Below, piece by piece: positions 49,130 through 57,732 of a stretch of DNA of 64,000 bases. Source of the DNA: a virus; IMG/VR virus record IMGVR_UViG_3300027782_006229, positions 1 to 64,000 of that record; one strand, written 5' to 3'. The translations under genes and the position numbers were made by a program. The notes beneath the pieces were generated by a model. It was not told the DNA's origin. It searched no databases and was given only the letters and a program-made list of their open reading frames with translations. Each line of letters begins with the position of its first letter. Within the stretch, counting starts at the first letter, position 1.

Positions 49130-50162
49130 TTTAACAAAACTTTACGAACAGGTGTACAATGGTAAACATACACCTATTGTAAGATTAGATGAAATTTATA
49201 ATAAATCGATTATAAATTCTAAGTTAAAACCACCTGCATCGAAAGCGCAAATAGCTGCTAAAATATCAGCTATAGATAAAACTGTTACAGTTAAAGCAGG
49301 TAAGGATATTCGTTTACAACCGGTTGTTGGTGAATATAGTACCGAGAAGTTATATGATATATTAAAATTAGCTAACTTACAGGTAGTGGATGTTAAAAAA
49401 CCAGGTACACCTGGGAGTACATCTAGTCAATTAGTAACATACATAGTAAAAGATGAAAATGGTAATGAATATCCAATAGTAATAGGTAAAGGTAAAGGAT
49501 TTGGTACTAGAGCTGAAGATTCTGTAATTGCTAGTTTAGCCGAACAAATTGATAGTTTAATAGCTAGAAGCGATAAAGATAATATAATAGTCAACATTAA
49601 TGGATATAAACAGAAAGTAGATGGTGTTGCGAGTACACCAGGTACACCAAAGAGTGACTTTTCACTAACATATAAAGGTAAACCTGTGTTATATATATCC
49701 CATAAAGACGGTAAGTCTGCAAAAGATTATCAACAGTACGGTGGTACATCATGCCAATCTGGAGAAAACATATGCAATGATGATGAGGTTAAAAAGTTTG
49801 TATCTAAGCTTAAAGAGCTATATCCAAATGGTATGACACCTAAGAGTTCAGTATATATGAAAATAAAAAATCCTGATCTCAAAAAATTTGCTATTTTTGG
49901 TACAAATGCTAATGAAGCATTTGGTATTAATAATGTTAATGCTGTATATCAAGGTGATTTAAAGTTAGTGGAAATTGGTAAAAATGAATTCGAAATACAG
50001 TCTAAACACCATATATATCCTGATGAATTACCTAGTGGTGATTATGAACCAGTATTGTATGCAAGATACAGTGGTAGTCGTGGTGGTAATCATGGTATAA
50101 AAGACTTACGATCTATGATTGCACCAATTGCAAAAATATCACCAGCTACGAAAAAAATATAA
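49119..50162 (+). CDS. Putative PD-(D/E)xK-type endonuclease
   Basis: E...TPKSDF...YISHK...YQQYGG motif. Confidence 0.55.
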   Translation: MEYNLTKLYEQVYNGKHTPIVRLDEIYNKSIINSKLKPPASKAQIAAKISAIDKTVTVKAGKDIRLQPVVGEYSTEKLYDILKLANLQVVDVKKPGTPGSTSSQLVTYIVKDENGNEYPIVIGKGKGFGTRAEDSVIASLAEQIDSLIARSDKDNIIVNINGYKQKVDGVASTPGTPKSDFSLTYKGKPVLYISHKDGKSAKDYQQYGGTSCQSGENICNDDEVKKFVSKLKELYPNGMTPKSSVYMKIKNPDLKKFAIFGTNANEAFGINNVNAVYQGDLKLVEIGKNEFEIQSKHHIYPDELPSGDYEPVLYARYSGSRGGNHGIKDLRSMIAPIAKISPATKKI

Positions 50163-50164
50163 TC

Positions 50165-51448
50165 ATGATTACATTTAAACAACATCACAATTTATTGTTA
50201 GAGTTCTTCGAAGAGGTCGAAGGCGCTGTAAAACATATCGACCACCTAGAAGAAAACATTATCAATAAGGGTGAAGACGGTGTTATGGAAGCTCTTGAAT
50301 ATATCGATAAAGCTATTGAATATTTTGTTAGTGAAACAGACTATAAAATAAGTACCAAGTTCGATGGTTCACCAGCTATTGTAGCAGGTAAAGATCCAAA
50401 AGGTAAATTTTTCGTTGCTAGTAAATCTGCATTTGCAAAAAATCCAAAGATTAATTATACAGTTGAAGATATTGATGTTAATCATAGTTCAAGTCCAGGT
50501 TTAGCTGAAAAACTTAAACTAGCTTTACAGTACTTACCATCTCTCAACCTTAAAGGTATATATCAAATGGATTATATGTTTGATGATCAAATCAAGCAGA
50601 TGGAAAAACCAAATACAATTGATGGTGTTACTAACTACAATAATTTTATAGCTTTCAAGCCTAATACTATCAAATATGCTGTTTCTCCAGATAGTCCGTA
50701 TGGTAGAGATATTCAAAACGCTAAGATTGGTGTTGCAATCCATATTGAATATGAAGTTGTTGGTGGTATTTTAAAGGTTAAAAAATATACCACTTCACCA
50801 TCTGAATTTTCTCGTTCGAATAGTGTATTTGTATTCAATGTTTTAATTGACAAACAAGCTAATCCAAATCAACGGATCATGGGTATGCTTTTAAAAGATG
50901 TTGATAATAAGAAAGCTCAAATTCAAAAAGTTCTTAATCAGATTGATTTTCAAGGCATTCAAAAGTATGCAATGGAATTAAAAGCATACATTAACTCTGA
51001 AATTCGTACAGGTAAGTTTTTAGATAATACAAATATTTCTTCGCAGCAGTTTGTTAATTATATTGCTAGTAGATATCAAAAAGAAATTAATGCATTGAAA
51101 AGTGAAGCAGGTAAAACTAGAAAACAAGCACAACTACAGGCTACAACAAATGAACTTAAAGGTTTACGCAAGTCTATTAAGTTGGTTTTTGATGTTACTA
51201 AAACAATCGCGATGCTTAAAAATAATCTTGTTAAAATCTTTAATGAGATGACTAAAAATTCATCACTTGGTACATATTTAGATGCAGGTCCTAATGCATG
51301 GAAAACAACACAACCAGAAGGATTTGCTGTTTCCAGAACAAAGGGTGGTCCAGATATTACAAAATTTGTAGATCGAAAAGAATTTTCAGCAGCTAACTTC
51401 CAATCTGGTAGACCTGGAGCTCAGGTTATACCACCAACCCAACAATGA
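50165..51448 (+). CDS. DUF6267-like protein with KxDG nucleotidyltransferase/ligase-like motif
   Basis: HIDHLE, KFDGSPAI..G, FFVASKSAF, F.PNTI.Y, EGF, KFVDR..FS.ANF. Confidence 0.65.
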   Translation: MITFKQHHNLLLEFFEEVEGAVKHIDHLEENIINKGEDGVMEALEYIDKAIEYFVSETDYKISTKFDGSPAIVAGKDPKGKFFVASKSAFAKNPKINYTVEDIDVNHSSSPGLAEKLKLALQYLPSLNLKGIYQMDYMFDDQIKQMEKPNTIDGVTNYNNFIAFKPNTIKYAVSPDSPYGRDIQNAKIGVAIHIEYEVVGGILKVKKYTTSPSEFSRSNSVFVFNVLIDKQANPNQRIMGMLLKDVDNKKAQIQKVLNQIDFQGIQKYAMELKAYINSEIRTGKFLDNTNISSQQFVNYIASRYQKEINALKSEAGKTRKQAQLQATTNELKGLRKSIKLVFDVTKTIAMLKNNLVKIFNEMTKNSSLGTYLDAGPNAWKTTQPEGFAVSRTKGGPDITKFVDRKEFSAANFQSGRPGAQVIPPTQQ

Positions 51449-52047
51449 ATACATTTAAACAATTCTTTTTAGAGCAAACAGATAAAACCGCTGTTATAGC
51501 ATATGGTCGCTATAACCCACCTACTGTTGGTCACGAGAAGCTTATTAATAAACTAGCTGATGTAACAAAGAGTGTTAACGGTGATGGATTTCTGGTACCG
51601 TCACATACACAAAACAACAAAAAGGACCCACTATCTTTTAAAGAGAAAGAAGAAATCCTAAAGTATATGACACCACCAAATATTCAAATTTTGGAATCTG
51701 GTGCTAATTTAATTTCTGTGCTAAAAGATTTGCAAGATAAAGGGTATACGAACGTGGTACATATTGCTGGTAGTGATCGAATTCCAGAGTTTGAAGGTTT
51801 GGTTGCTAAATATAACGGTAAACCTGATTCAAAAGGTAATATTCCTTTTCAATTTAAAGATTATAAGTTTGAATCAGCAGGTGAAAGAGACCCAGATTCT
51901 GAGGGAGTTGAAGGTATGAGTGCTTCAAAGCTCAGAAAAGCTGCTCTCGATAATGATATAGATCTTTTCAAGCAGGGTATGTCTCGTATGATACCGAGTA
52001 TTTTAGTAAATAAAACTTATAATGCAATAAGAGAACGTATTAAATAA
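51445..52047 (+). CDS. Cytidylyltransferase-like (HxGH) nucleotidyltransferase
   Basis: YGRYNPPTVGHEKL, AGSDR, SAGERDPD, MSASKLR. Confidence 0.85.
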   Translation: MNTFKQFFLEQTDKTAVIAYGRYNPPTVGHEKLINKLADVTKSVNGDGFLVPSHTQNNKKDPLSFKEKEEILKYMTPPNIQILESGANLISVLKDLQDKGYTNVVHIAGSDRIPEFEGLVAKYNGKPDSKGNIPFQFKDYKFESAGERDPDSEGVEGMSASKLRKAALDNDIDLFKQGMSRMIPSILVNKTYNAIRERIK

Positions 52048-52051
52048 CTAT

Positions 52052-52390
52052 ATGGATAAAAAGGATAAAATTTCTATTGCTGCTTTATATGAAAATGCTA
52101 TTTTTATAACAAGGGCATCTAATCTATCACCAGAAACCCATATGCCTGGTATGGCTAGTGATTCAGAAGGTCACAACGTGGATGAAAGTGATCCTAGTGA
52201 GATTCATATGGCAAAAGCTGATCTTAAAAAGCTTGCAGAGTATTCTCAAAAGCTTTACGATATGGTAGACCAAACAGATGGGCTTGAAGGTTGGGTAGCT
52301 TCTAAAATTACTAAAGCATCTGATTATATCTCTTCTGTGTATCATTGGTTAGATTATGAACACCAAAATAAAGGATGCGGCTGCGAATAA
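52052..52390 (+). CDS. Hypothetical late protein
   Basis: TAAATA-N5-ATG; LEGWVASKITKA.DY motif seen in T4-like head proteins. Confidence 0.6.
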   Translation: MDKKDKISIAALYENAIFITRASNLSPETHMPGMASDSEGHNVDESDPSEIHMAKADLKKLAEYSQKLYDMVDQTDGLEGWVASKITKASDYISSVYHWLDYEHQNKGCGCE

Positions 52391-52391
52391 T

Positions 52392-52832
52392 ATGATTAAT
52401 TTCAAAAAATATTTTAACGAAAAAACGGTAATTGGTTTAATTGAAACCATTTACATTAATGATATCGGTGAAGTACAAGCTAAAGTTGATAGTGGTAACG
52501 GTGCTTTTAACGTATTGCATGGTGATAATGTATCTGTTAAAGATGACACAGTTACGTTTAATACAATTAATGGTAGAACCATCACCAAACCAATTGCAAA
52601 TCATATTAAGATTAACGTCGGTGCAGGTAACTTCGAAGAAAGACCAGTTGTTGAGTTTGATATAAAAATTGGAGATAGAGAATTTGATAATGTAAAATTC
52701 TCTATTGGTAATAGAGCTAGTAATGAATACCCTGTACTCATTGGTAAAGACTTTATTAGAGATGAATTAGATGCTCTAATAGATGTAGACGCTAAAAATA
52801 TTTTTGATAACAATATCGAAGTAGACTATTGA
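52392..52832 (+). CDS. Retropepsin-like protease (RimK-associated 'ATP-dependent Zn protease' family)
   Basis: AKVDSGN, ERPVV, R....YPVLIG; start probably ATG 52392 (MINFKKYFNE). Confidence 0.75.
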   Translation: MINFKKYFNEKTVIGLIETIYINDIGEVQAKVDSGNGAFNVLHGDNVSVKDDTVTFNTINGRTITKPIANHIKINVGAGNFEERPVVEFDIKIGDREFDNVKFSIGNRASNEYPVLIGKDFIRDELDALIDVDAKNIFDNNIEVDY

Positions 52833-52835
52833 GTT

Positions 52836-53279
52836 TTGAAAATTTTAATTTGTGGTCGTAGTGGAAGTGGTAAAAGTTTTTTTACCAAATATTTGAGAGA
52901 GCATATTGAGTTCTCTCACTTTAACGGTGATTTCATTAGAGAATTAACTCGTAACACTGATTTTACTATTACCGGTCGAACCCGTCAAGCTTTTTGTATG
53001 AAGCTTTTAGCTGATAATTGTGGTGATAAAGTTGTTGTTTGTGACTTTATTTGTCCTACAAAAGAATTACGAAAAATATTTACACCAGATATTATAGTGT
53101 ATTGCGTTCATCCTGGGTCAGGAAAATATGCAGATACAGATTTATTATTCCAGGAAGTTGCTTCATCTGAAGCAACAAATGTTTTCCGTTTTGAAAGGGG
53201 TTATGAAGAAAATTTAGTAAAAGAGATACTTAAACTTTGCATTAACAATGATAGTTTAAGTATCTCTGAGCAGCTTTAG
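52836..53279 (+). CDS. Adenylylsulfate kinase-like P-loop kinase
   Basis: GRSGSGKS, NGD.IR, DFT..GR.RQ, DFICPT..LR, DTD..F. Confidence 0.75.
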   Translation: MKILICGRSGSGKSFFTKYLREHIEFSHFNGDFIRELTRNTDFTITGRTRQAFCMKLLADNCGDKVVVCDFICPTKELRKIFTPDIIVYCVHPGSGKYADTDLLFQEVASSEATNVFRFERGYEENLVKEILKLCINNDSLSISEQL

Positions 53280-53436
53280 CTGTATTGTTACCTTTGTTCT
53301 TCTGTTTAGATTTTAACGCTCTCGCTTTAGAACAAGTCATCTTACCTTTTGTCTGTCTCTTTAGTATACCTGGTCTAACAGGATCGTGAACGCTCTTCTT
53401 TTCGGTAATATTGAAGTATTCAGCAAAGGTAATCAT
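53242..53436 (-). CDS. Small basic late protein
   Basis: TAAATA-N5-ATG at 53436; MITFAEYFNITEK...RPGILKR...C...NYHC. Confidence 0.65.
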   Translation of the reverse strand: MITFAEYFNITEKKSVHDPVRPGILKRQTKGKMTCSKARALKSKQKNKGNNTAKAAQRYLNYHC

Positions 53437-53454
53437 ACCTTTATTTAATCTAAA

Positions 53455-53550
53455 TGGTACTCCAGGCCGGGATCGAACCGACAACCGCGGCCTAATCTGG
53501 GCCATACGAAAGGTATAAGCTTTCCGCTCTGCCAATTGAGCTACTGGAGT
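53455..53550 (-). tRNA. tRNA-Ile(UAU) with long variable arm
   Basis: ACTCCAG/CTGGAGT acceptor, loop CT-TAT-AC, 25-nt variable region, TTCGATC T-loop, ACCA end. Confidence 0.85.
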
Positions 53551-53588
53551 GTTATTAAATTTAATGTCTTTATTTTACAGATCAACTA

Positions 53589-54182
53589 TTAGTTTTTTAA
53601 ATCTTCAAAATCGTTGTAAATATGCTGGTATGTTTGTCCAGCTTCCTCAGTTTGAGGTGTAAAATATTCTGATGTTATAGCTGTATTTTTAGCTTTTTCT
53701 CCAGCAGCATTAATCTGATCATTAAAATCGTCAATTTGATCACGATTAGGATTTCTTAAACTAGATAGTTCATGATCTAGTTGATCGAGCAATGATGTAT
53801 CACCATTACGTCTTGCTTCCATTTTCTGTCTCATTAATGAATGACGTTTTTTATTAAACTCAGGTTCCGCATGCAACTCATTCATTTTAGCTCTTAACGG
53901 TTGTGTTACTGGCCACATGATGTTTTGATGGAAAAACAAACTTAATGTTTGTAGTAGCTTTGATAATTTTTTATCACGATGTTCACCAGATGGTCCTATT
54001 CCATGTTTATTCATCGTATATAAAGATAGATAAGACACTTTATCAGCGAATTCTTTTAAAGTCATCGGTTTACCAGTTCTAGTGTCGGTGGTAATCGATT
54101 GCAAAAACTCTTCAATTGTATTGAAGTTTGGTTCTGCAAGTTCGTAACTCTCGTTAAAATAAAATTGACTAAATGTTATCAT
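53589..54182 (-). CDS. Putative capsid-internal protein
   Basis: ATAAATA upstream; MITFSQFYFNES. Confidence 0.6.
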   Translation of the reverse strand: MITFSQFYFNESYELAEPNFNTIEEFLQSITTDTRTGKPMTLKEFADKVSYLSLYTMNKHGIGPSGEHRDKKLSKLLQTLSLFFHQNIMWPVTQPLRAKMNELHAEPEFNKKRHSLMRQKMEARRNGDTSLLDQLDHELSSLRNPNRDQIDDFNDQINAAGEKAKNTAITSEYFTPQTEEAGQTYQHIYNDFEDLKN

Positions 54183-54239
54183 CTATGTTATTTATTTAAT
54201 GCAGGGGTTTTACGTGATTAACCTGCAACCACTTTTAAC

Positions 54240-55256
54240 TTACTTATTGTAAATATCAAGTAAGTTAAACTTGAGATTTGGTCCATTAGTAAAGATTTCA
54301 CCAGCAGATTTATTCAAGCGCATTGCAGTATCATTACCAATAACACTACGTTCATGACTTGCAAGATTGGTAGCAAGGTTGAATACATCATATAGATTTT
54401 CATCTGTATAAATAAACTTCTGACGTTTTGCGCTAAAGTTATCAACTGAATGACCAGCGTTATGGAAGTCAGCAACAATACTTGAATATTGAGGCATAAA
54501 ACGTTCACGAGATTCTTTATTAAGTTGACTTGCAACACAATTGACTTCATATAGAGAGGCTCGAGCATTTCGTAGAGCATCAACGCGAGGTTTAACACTG
54601 CTAATTATACTATCGTTATTAGCGAATTTCAAAAATTGCTTACCGATATTCTTACTAACAGCTGCCACACGATATGCAAGTTGCTCACGAGTAGTCATAC
54701 CATTTGTGCACATAAGACGCAAAAAGTAATTTGCAAATTGCTGACTTGCGTGACCAATAATAGAGGTTGCTCCGAACTTCCAAAGATCACCGAGGCCGCA
54801 ATTAATATCATCACCACCAACAGTATGCACTTCTACATTACACGTTTCGCTATTCCATTCGATACGTTGCAGGTTGTGATTAATATTTTCGTCAATAGTA
54901 TTGAAGAGCTCATCAAGACGTTCATCAAAATTGAGTTGAGTATTTTCTTTTACGTTAGAATTAACTAGCGTATTAACGTTATTATTGTGATCAACAATAC
55001 AGGTAAACTGCTTATTTTTATCAATAGTATTCAATGCGGTACGAATTGAATCCCAATTTTCTGCTGGCTTTGCAAAAATCTCTTTTGAAAGATTTGTACG
55101 AATACCGATTGCATCCATAATTCGCCTGGTATTGGTCGTTGAGTACTTATCAGCGATAATAAGTCGATTATGCTCACATGTAATATGCTGAGTATTAAAA
55201 GGTACGATTGTGTGTTGCTTTACTTTGTCTTTTACTTGTTCTAATGTATTTGTCAT
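54240..55256 (-). CDS. DUF932/DUF945-like protein
   Basis: FLRLMCTNGM motif; NLYDVFNLAT. Confidence 0.6.
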   Translation of the reverse strand: MTNTLEQVKDKVKQHTIVPFNTQHITCEHNRLIIADKYSTTNTRRIMDAIGIRTNLSKEIFAKPAENWDSIRTALNTIDKNKQFTCIVDHNNNVNTLVNSNVKENTQLNFDERLDELFNTIDENINHNLQRIEWNSETCNVEVHTVGGDDINCGLGDLWKFGATSIIGHASQQFANYFLRLMCTNGMTTREQLAYRVAAVSKNIGKQFLKFANNDSIISSVKPRVDALRNARASLYEVNCVASQLNKESRERFMPQYSSIVADFHNAGHSVDNFSAKRQKFIYTDENLYDVFNLATNLASHERSVIGNDTAMRLNKSAGEIFTNGPNLKFNLLDIYNK

Positions 55257-55290
55257 ATATTTTGTAGTAATTGTTTTGTTACTTACTACT

Positions 55291-55307
55291 ATTATAATGT
55301 ATTTCCT
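55291..55307 (-). promoter_or_regulatory. AGGAAA-N5-TATAAT promoter
   Basis: AGGAAA TACAT TATAAT. Confidence 0.65.
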
Positions 55308-55362
55308 TTAGAGTTCCACTATTGTTTTAAATTTTGATCTAACACCAAACATAAATAATGAT

Positions 55363-55449
55363 ATGAATGTCCTTGAAATATTAGAAATGTTTTTAGGACT
55401 TTTTTGCATTACTGCAATCTTCATCGCTATAGCAAAAGTTTTGCCTTAG
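55363..55449 (+). CDS. Small single-TM peptide (28 aa)
   Basis: ATAAATA-N5-ATG; MNVLEILEMFLGLFCITAIFIAIAKVLP. Confidence 0.5.
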   Translation: MNVLEILEMFLGLFCITAIFIAIAKVLP

Positions 55450-55466
55450 CTTGAACTGCAGTCCTT

Positions 55467-55547
55467 ATGGACTATTTATTTATAATTTTAGGAATTTTTG
55501 GCATTGCGTTGGGCTTGTACCTCATTGCAACAGCCAACCATCAATGA
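55467..55547 (+). CDS. Small single-TM peptide (26 aa)
   Basis: MDYLFIILGIFGIALGLYLIATANHQ. Confidence 0.45.
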   Translation: MDYLFIILGIFGIALGLYLIATANHQ

Positions 55548-56385
55548 TGTTGTTGCACCTGTTCATACAGTGCAATTAAATTTTTCATGTCAGTGGTGTG
55601 ATGATCAACTGCAAGTTTGTATCCGTGCTGTTCAGAACCACCCTGCGGCGCACCTCCAAGATAATCTGCTGGAGAGTATTCAATGCTGTTAGCATATGCT
55701 TTTTCTTTTTTCTTTTCACCCATTTCACTCTTGACAACCTTGATTGCATCGTTGATAACTGAATCAATAGTGCTTATTATTTCTCGATCACCGTGAAATA
55801 ACCCTTTATCTATCATTTTTTCAGCAGGGTACAATACTCTTGGTTCACCCATTGCGTTTTTAAAATAAATGTCACCGGCTGAATGATATTTAGGATCTTT
55901 TAAAAACTCCATGGCTTTGTCTAGAGGGTGCTGCACAAATTGTTCGACATCTTCTGGTGTAAAATTTTTATTACTTGGAAATTTATCTAATAGTGTTTCT
56001 TGTACATAATCTGCAAATGTATCCCCATCTTTTGCAACATAATTCACAATTGCTTTTGCTAATTCATCATTTATTTTGATTGAACTCAATTGTTGATTTG
56101 CTTTTTGTGCAAATATTTTTGCGTTATCACTAGTGGTAATAGTCGAAAAAATATTATACCAATCGCCTTTTTTAAATCTACCAATGTTGATTGTAGCACC
56201 TTTTAATCCGCTGCCAACAGATGAAAGTCTTTTTGCTGCAGGTAAAGCTTGTATTGGTTTAGCAAAAGAAGCTATCAATGTACCAATCATTTTTTTGAGA
56301 ATATTTCTGCGTGAATCCATCATGCATATATTTATATAAAAATTTGTTAGATTTTAAATTTATAAATACCTCATTGCAACTGCCA
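55518..56385. repeat. 19-bp direct repeats flanking an ~850-bp insertion
   Basis: TACCTCATTGCAACAGCCA (55518-55536) and TACCTCATTGCAACTGCCA (56367-56385). Confidence 0.8.
55541..56323 (-). CDS. Hypothetical protein with twin-arginine-like N-terminus
   Basis: MMDSRRNILKKMIGTLIASFA...; TATAAATA-N5-ATG. Confidence 0.65.
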   Translation of the reverse strand: MMDSRRNILKKMIGTLIASFAKPIQALPAAKRLSSVGSGLKGATINIGRFKKGDWYNIFSTITTSDNAKIFAQKANQQLSSIKINDELAKAIVNYVAKDGDTFADYVQETLLDKFPSNKNFTPEDVEQFVQHPLDKAMEFLKDPKYHSAGDIYFKNAMGEPRVLYPAEKMIDKGLFHGDREIISTIDSVINDAIKVVKSEMGEKKKEKAYANSIEYSPADYLGGAPQGGSEQHGYKLAVDHHTTDMKNLIALYEQVQQHH

Positions 56386-56390
56386 GATGA

Positions 56391-56633
56391 TCATATATCG
56401 AAGAACCCTTCAGCTTTAAGATATTTTTCAACTTTCATAAAGAAATTAATGTCTTGCAATGAGGGGTAATCCACATACTCTTTAGAAATATCACTGCCCT
56501 CAAAATCTAAGGATGCAATGTATTGTAATGTTAGATTTAAATTTGCTCTACATTTTCGTCCATGAAAATCAAATACTATGTTTCTTCGTAAACACTTGTT
56601 GAGCATTTGTTGTAATGTTTCTTCTTCTTTCAT
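56391..56633 (-). CDS. Hypothetical protein
   Basis: Start probably ATG 56633, just after tRNA-Leu. Confidence 0.5.
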   Translation of the reverse strand: MKEEETLQQMLNKCLRRNIVFDFHGRKCRANLNLTLQYIASLDFEGSDISKEYVDYPSLQDINFFMKVEKYLKAEGFFDI

Positions 56634-56642
56634 GTAGTAAAT

Positions 56643-56719
56643 TGGTACCCTGAGTCGGATTCGAACCGACAACACACGGATCTTAAATCCGATGCATCTA
56701 CCAATTGTGCTACCAGGGC
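56643..56719 (-). tRNA. tRNA-Leu(UAA), short variable loop
   Basis: Cloverleaf, loop TT-TAA-GA, ACCA. Confidence 0.88.
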
Positions 56720-56727
56720 ATTGAAAG

Positions 56728-56802
56728 TGGTTCTCTTGGATGGTAATGCTCCATCTTAGATCGCTTCACAGGCGATGACATTACTTTTATGATACGAAGA
56801 GA
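56728..56802 (-). tRNA. tRNA-His(GUG), atypical
   Basis: Loop CT-GTG-AA; T-loop AGCATTA; no G-1; A73. Confidence 0.75.
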
Positions 56803-56811
56803 TTTTGAAAG

Positions 56812-56886
56812 TGGTACCTGGTGCGGGAATCGAACCCACATAAAGGCTTTAGAAGAGCCTTGTCCTATCCGTTGAACGAACCAGGC
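56812..56886 (-). tRNA. tRNA-Arg(UCU)
   Basis: Loop CT-TCT-AA, ACCA. Confidence 0.93.
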
Positions 56887-56894
56887 ATTTAAAT

Positions 56895-56969
56895 TGGAGC
56901 GCAATCAGGGAATCAAACCCTGCTAAGCGATTTTGCAGACCGCCACCTACATCAGCTGGCTCATTGCGC
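56895..56969 (-). tRNA. tRNA-Cys(GCA)
   Basis: Loop CT-GCA-AA, U73, CCA. Confidence 0.88.
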
Positions 56970-56980
56970 ATTTGAAAATT

Positions 56981-57326
56981 GTTGACACTCTATTGAGTAG
57001 CTAATTCAACGAGTGCCTCAGAAACCATTCAATGAGCTTGTGCAAGCGCACCCAGTCAGACGTGAATCTGAACAGCCAAAGTGCCAGGAACAGCAACGAA
57101 ACTGACAGTTAGTTGAATATTTCTGAATATCGATAGCCGGTGAGGTATCCAAGAGTATCTGGTCTATCTACAGATCCCTCTCTGCCCATTCTCCGTTTGT
57201 AATATACACTTCATAATGCTTCCGTCCAGTATTATCATACTTTGCATTGCAATGCATTTCAGGTCTTACCCGGCCCCTCACATTATTTTCTCATTACACG
57301 CAACCTGCGTCTTTCCTTACTATCAA
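56981..57326 (-). ncRNA. Unassigned ~350-nt structured RNA in the tRNA operon
   Basis: GC-richer, no convincing ORF, multiple hairpins, bounded by the same AU-rich spacers as the tRNAs. Confidence 0.6.
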
Positions 57327-57329
57327 AAT

Positions 57330-57404
57330 TGGTGGAGCGTAAGGGATTCGAACCCTTTCTTCAACCGTGCAAGGATCATGTGCTACCATTATCACTAACG
57401 CCCC
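57330..57404 (-). tRNA. tRNA-Ala(UGC)
   Basis: G3:U70 pair, loop CT-TGC-AC, ACCA. Confidence 0.9.
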
Positions 57405-57410
57405 ATAAAA

Positions 57411-57485
57411 TGGTACCCGAAGTAGGATTCAAACCTACAACAATCCGCGTGTAAGGCGGGCGCTCTATCGTTGAGCTATTCGGGC
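57411..57485 (-). tRNA. tRNA-Val(UAC)
   Basis: Loop CT-TAC-AC, ACCA. Confidence 0.9.
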
Positions 57486-57492
57486 AATTTAC

Positions 57493-57690
57493 CTACTCTG
57501 AAACTTTTGTCTCTTTACGAGCATTTTTCTCTGCTGTAATTTCATTACGACGAGCTTTAGCTAGTACGATAATCTCTTGTAGACGCTTTCGTGCGTTTGT
57601 ACTTGCAGATGATTTACCGTTGATGAATTTTTCATCATCAATTGCAAAAGCTTCAGTTAGTTCTTTAAGTTGGTCATATGTTTTTGTCAT
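57493..57690 (-). CDS. Histone H1-like Hc1 family protein
   Basis: KF.NGKSSAST.ARK.LQEI...AK.RR.EI; has its own promoter. Confidence 0.75.
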   Translation of the reverse strand: MTKTYDQLKELTEAFAIDDEKFINGKSSASTNARKRLQEIIVLAKARRNEITAEKNARKETKVSE

Positions 57691-57695
57691 ACTTT

Positions 57696-57712
57696 ATTAT
57701 AATATCTTTCCT
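57696..57712 (-). promoter_or_regulatory. AGGAAA-N5-TATAAT promoter
   Basis: TTGATT...AGGAAA GATAT TATAAT, 5 nt before ATG. Confidence 0.7.
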
Positions 57713-57732
57713 ATCTGAATCAACTATTAAAT

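Noticed and set aside
53455-53550. Intron-containing tRNA
   Set aside because: The extra sequence lies in the variable region and forms a V-arm stem; the anticodon loop is an intact 7 nt
56981-57326. tmRNA or bona fide RNase P RNA
   Set aside because: No tRNA-Ala-like ends, T-loop or tag ending in AA. RNase P CR-I/CR-V and the bulged-U P4 are not canonical, so it is left unassigned
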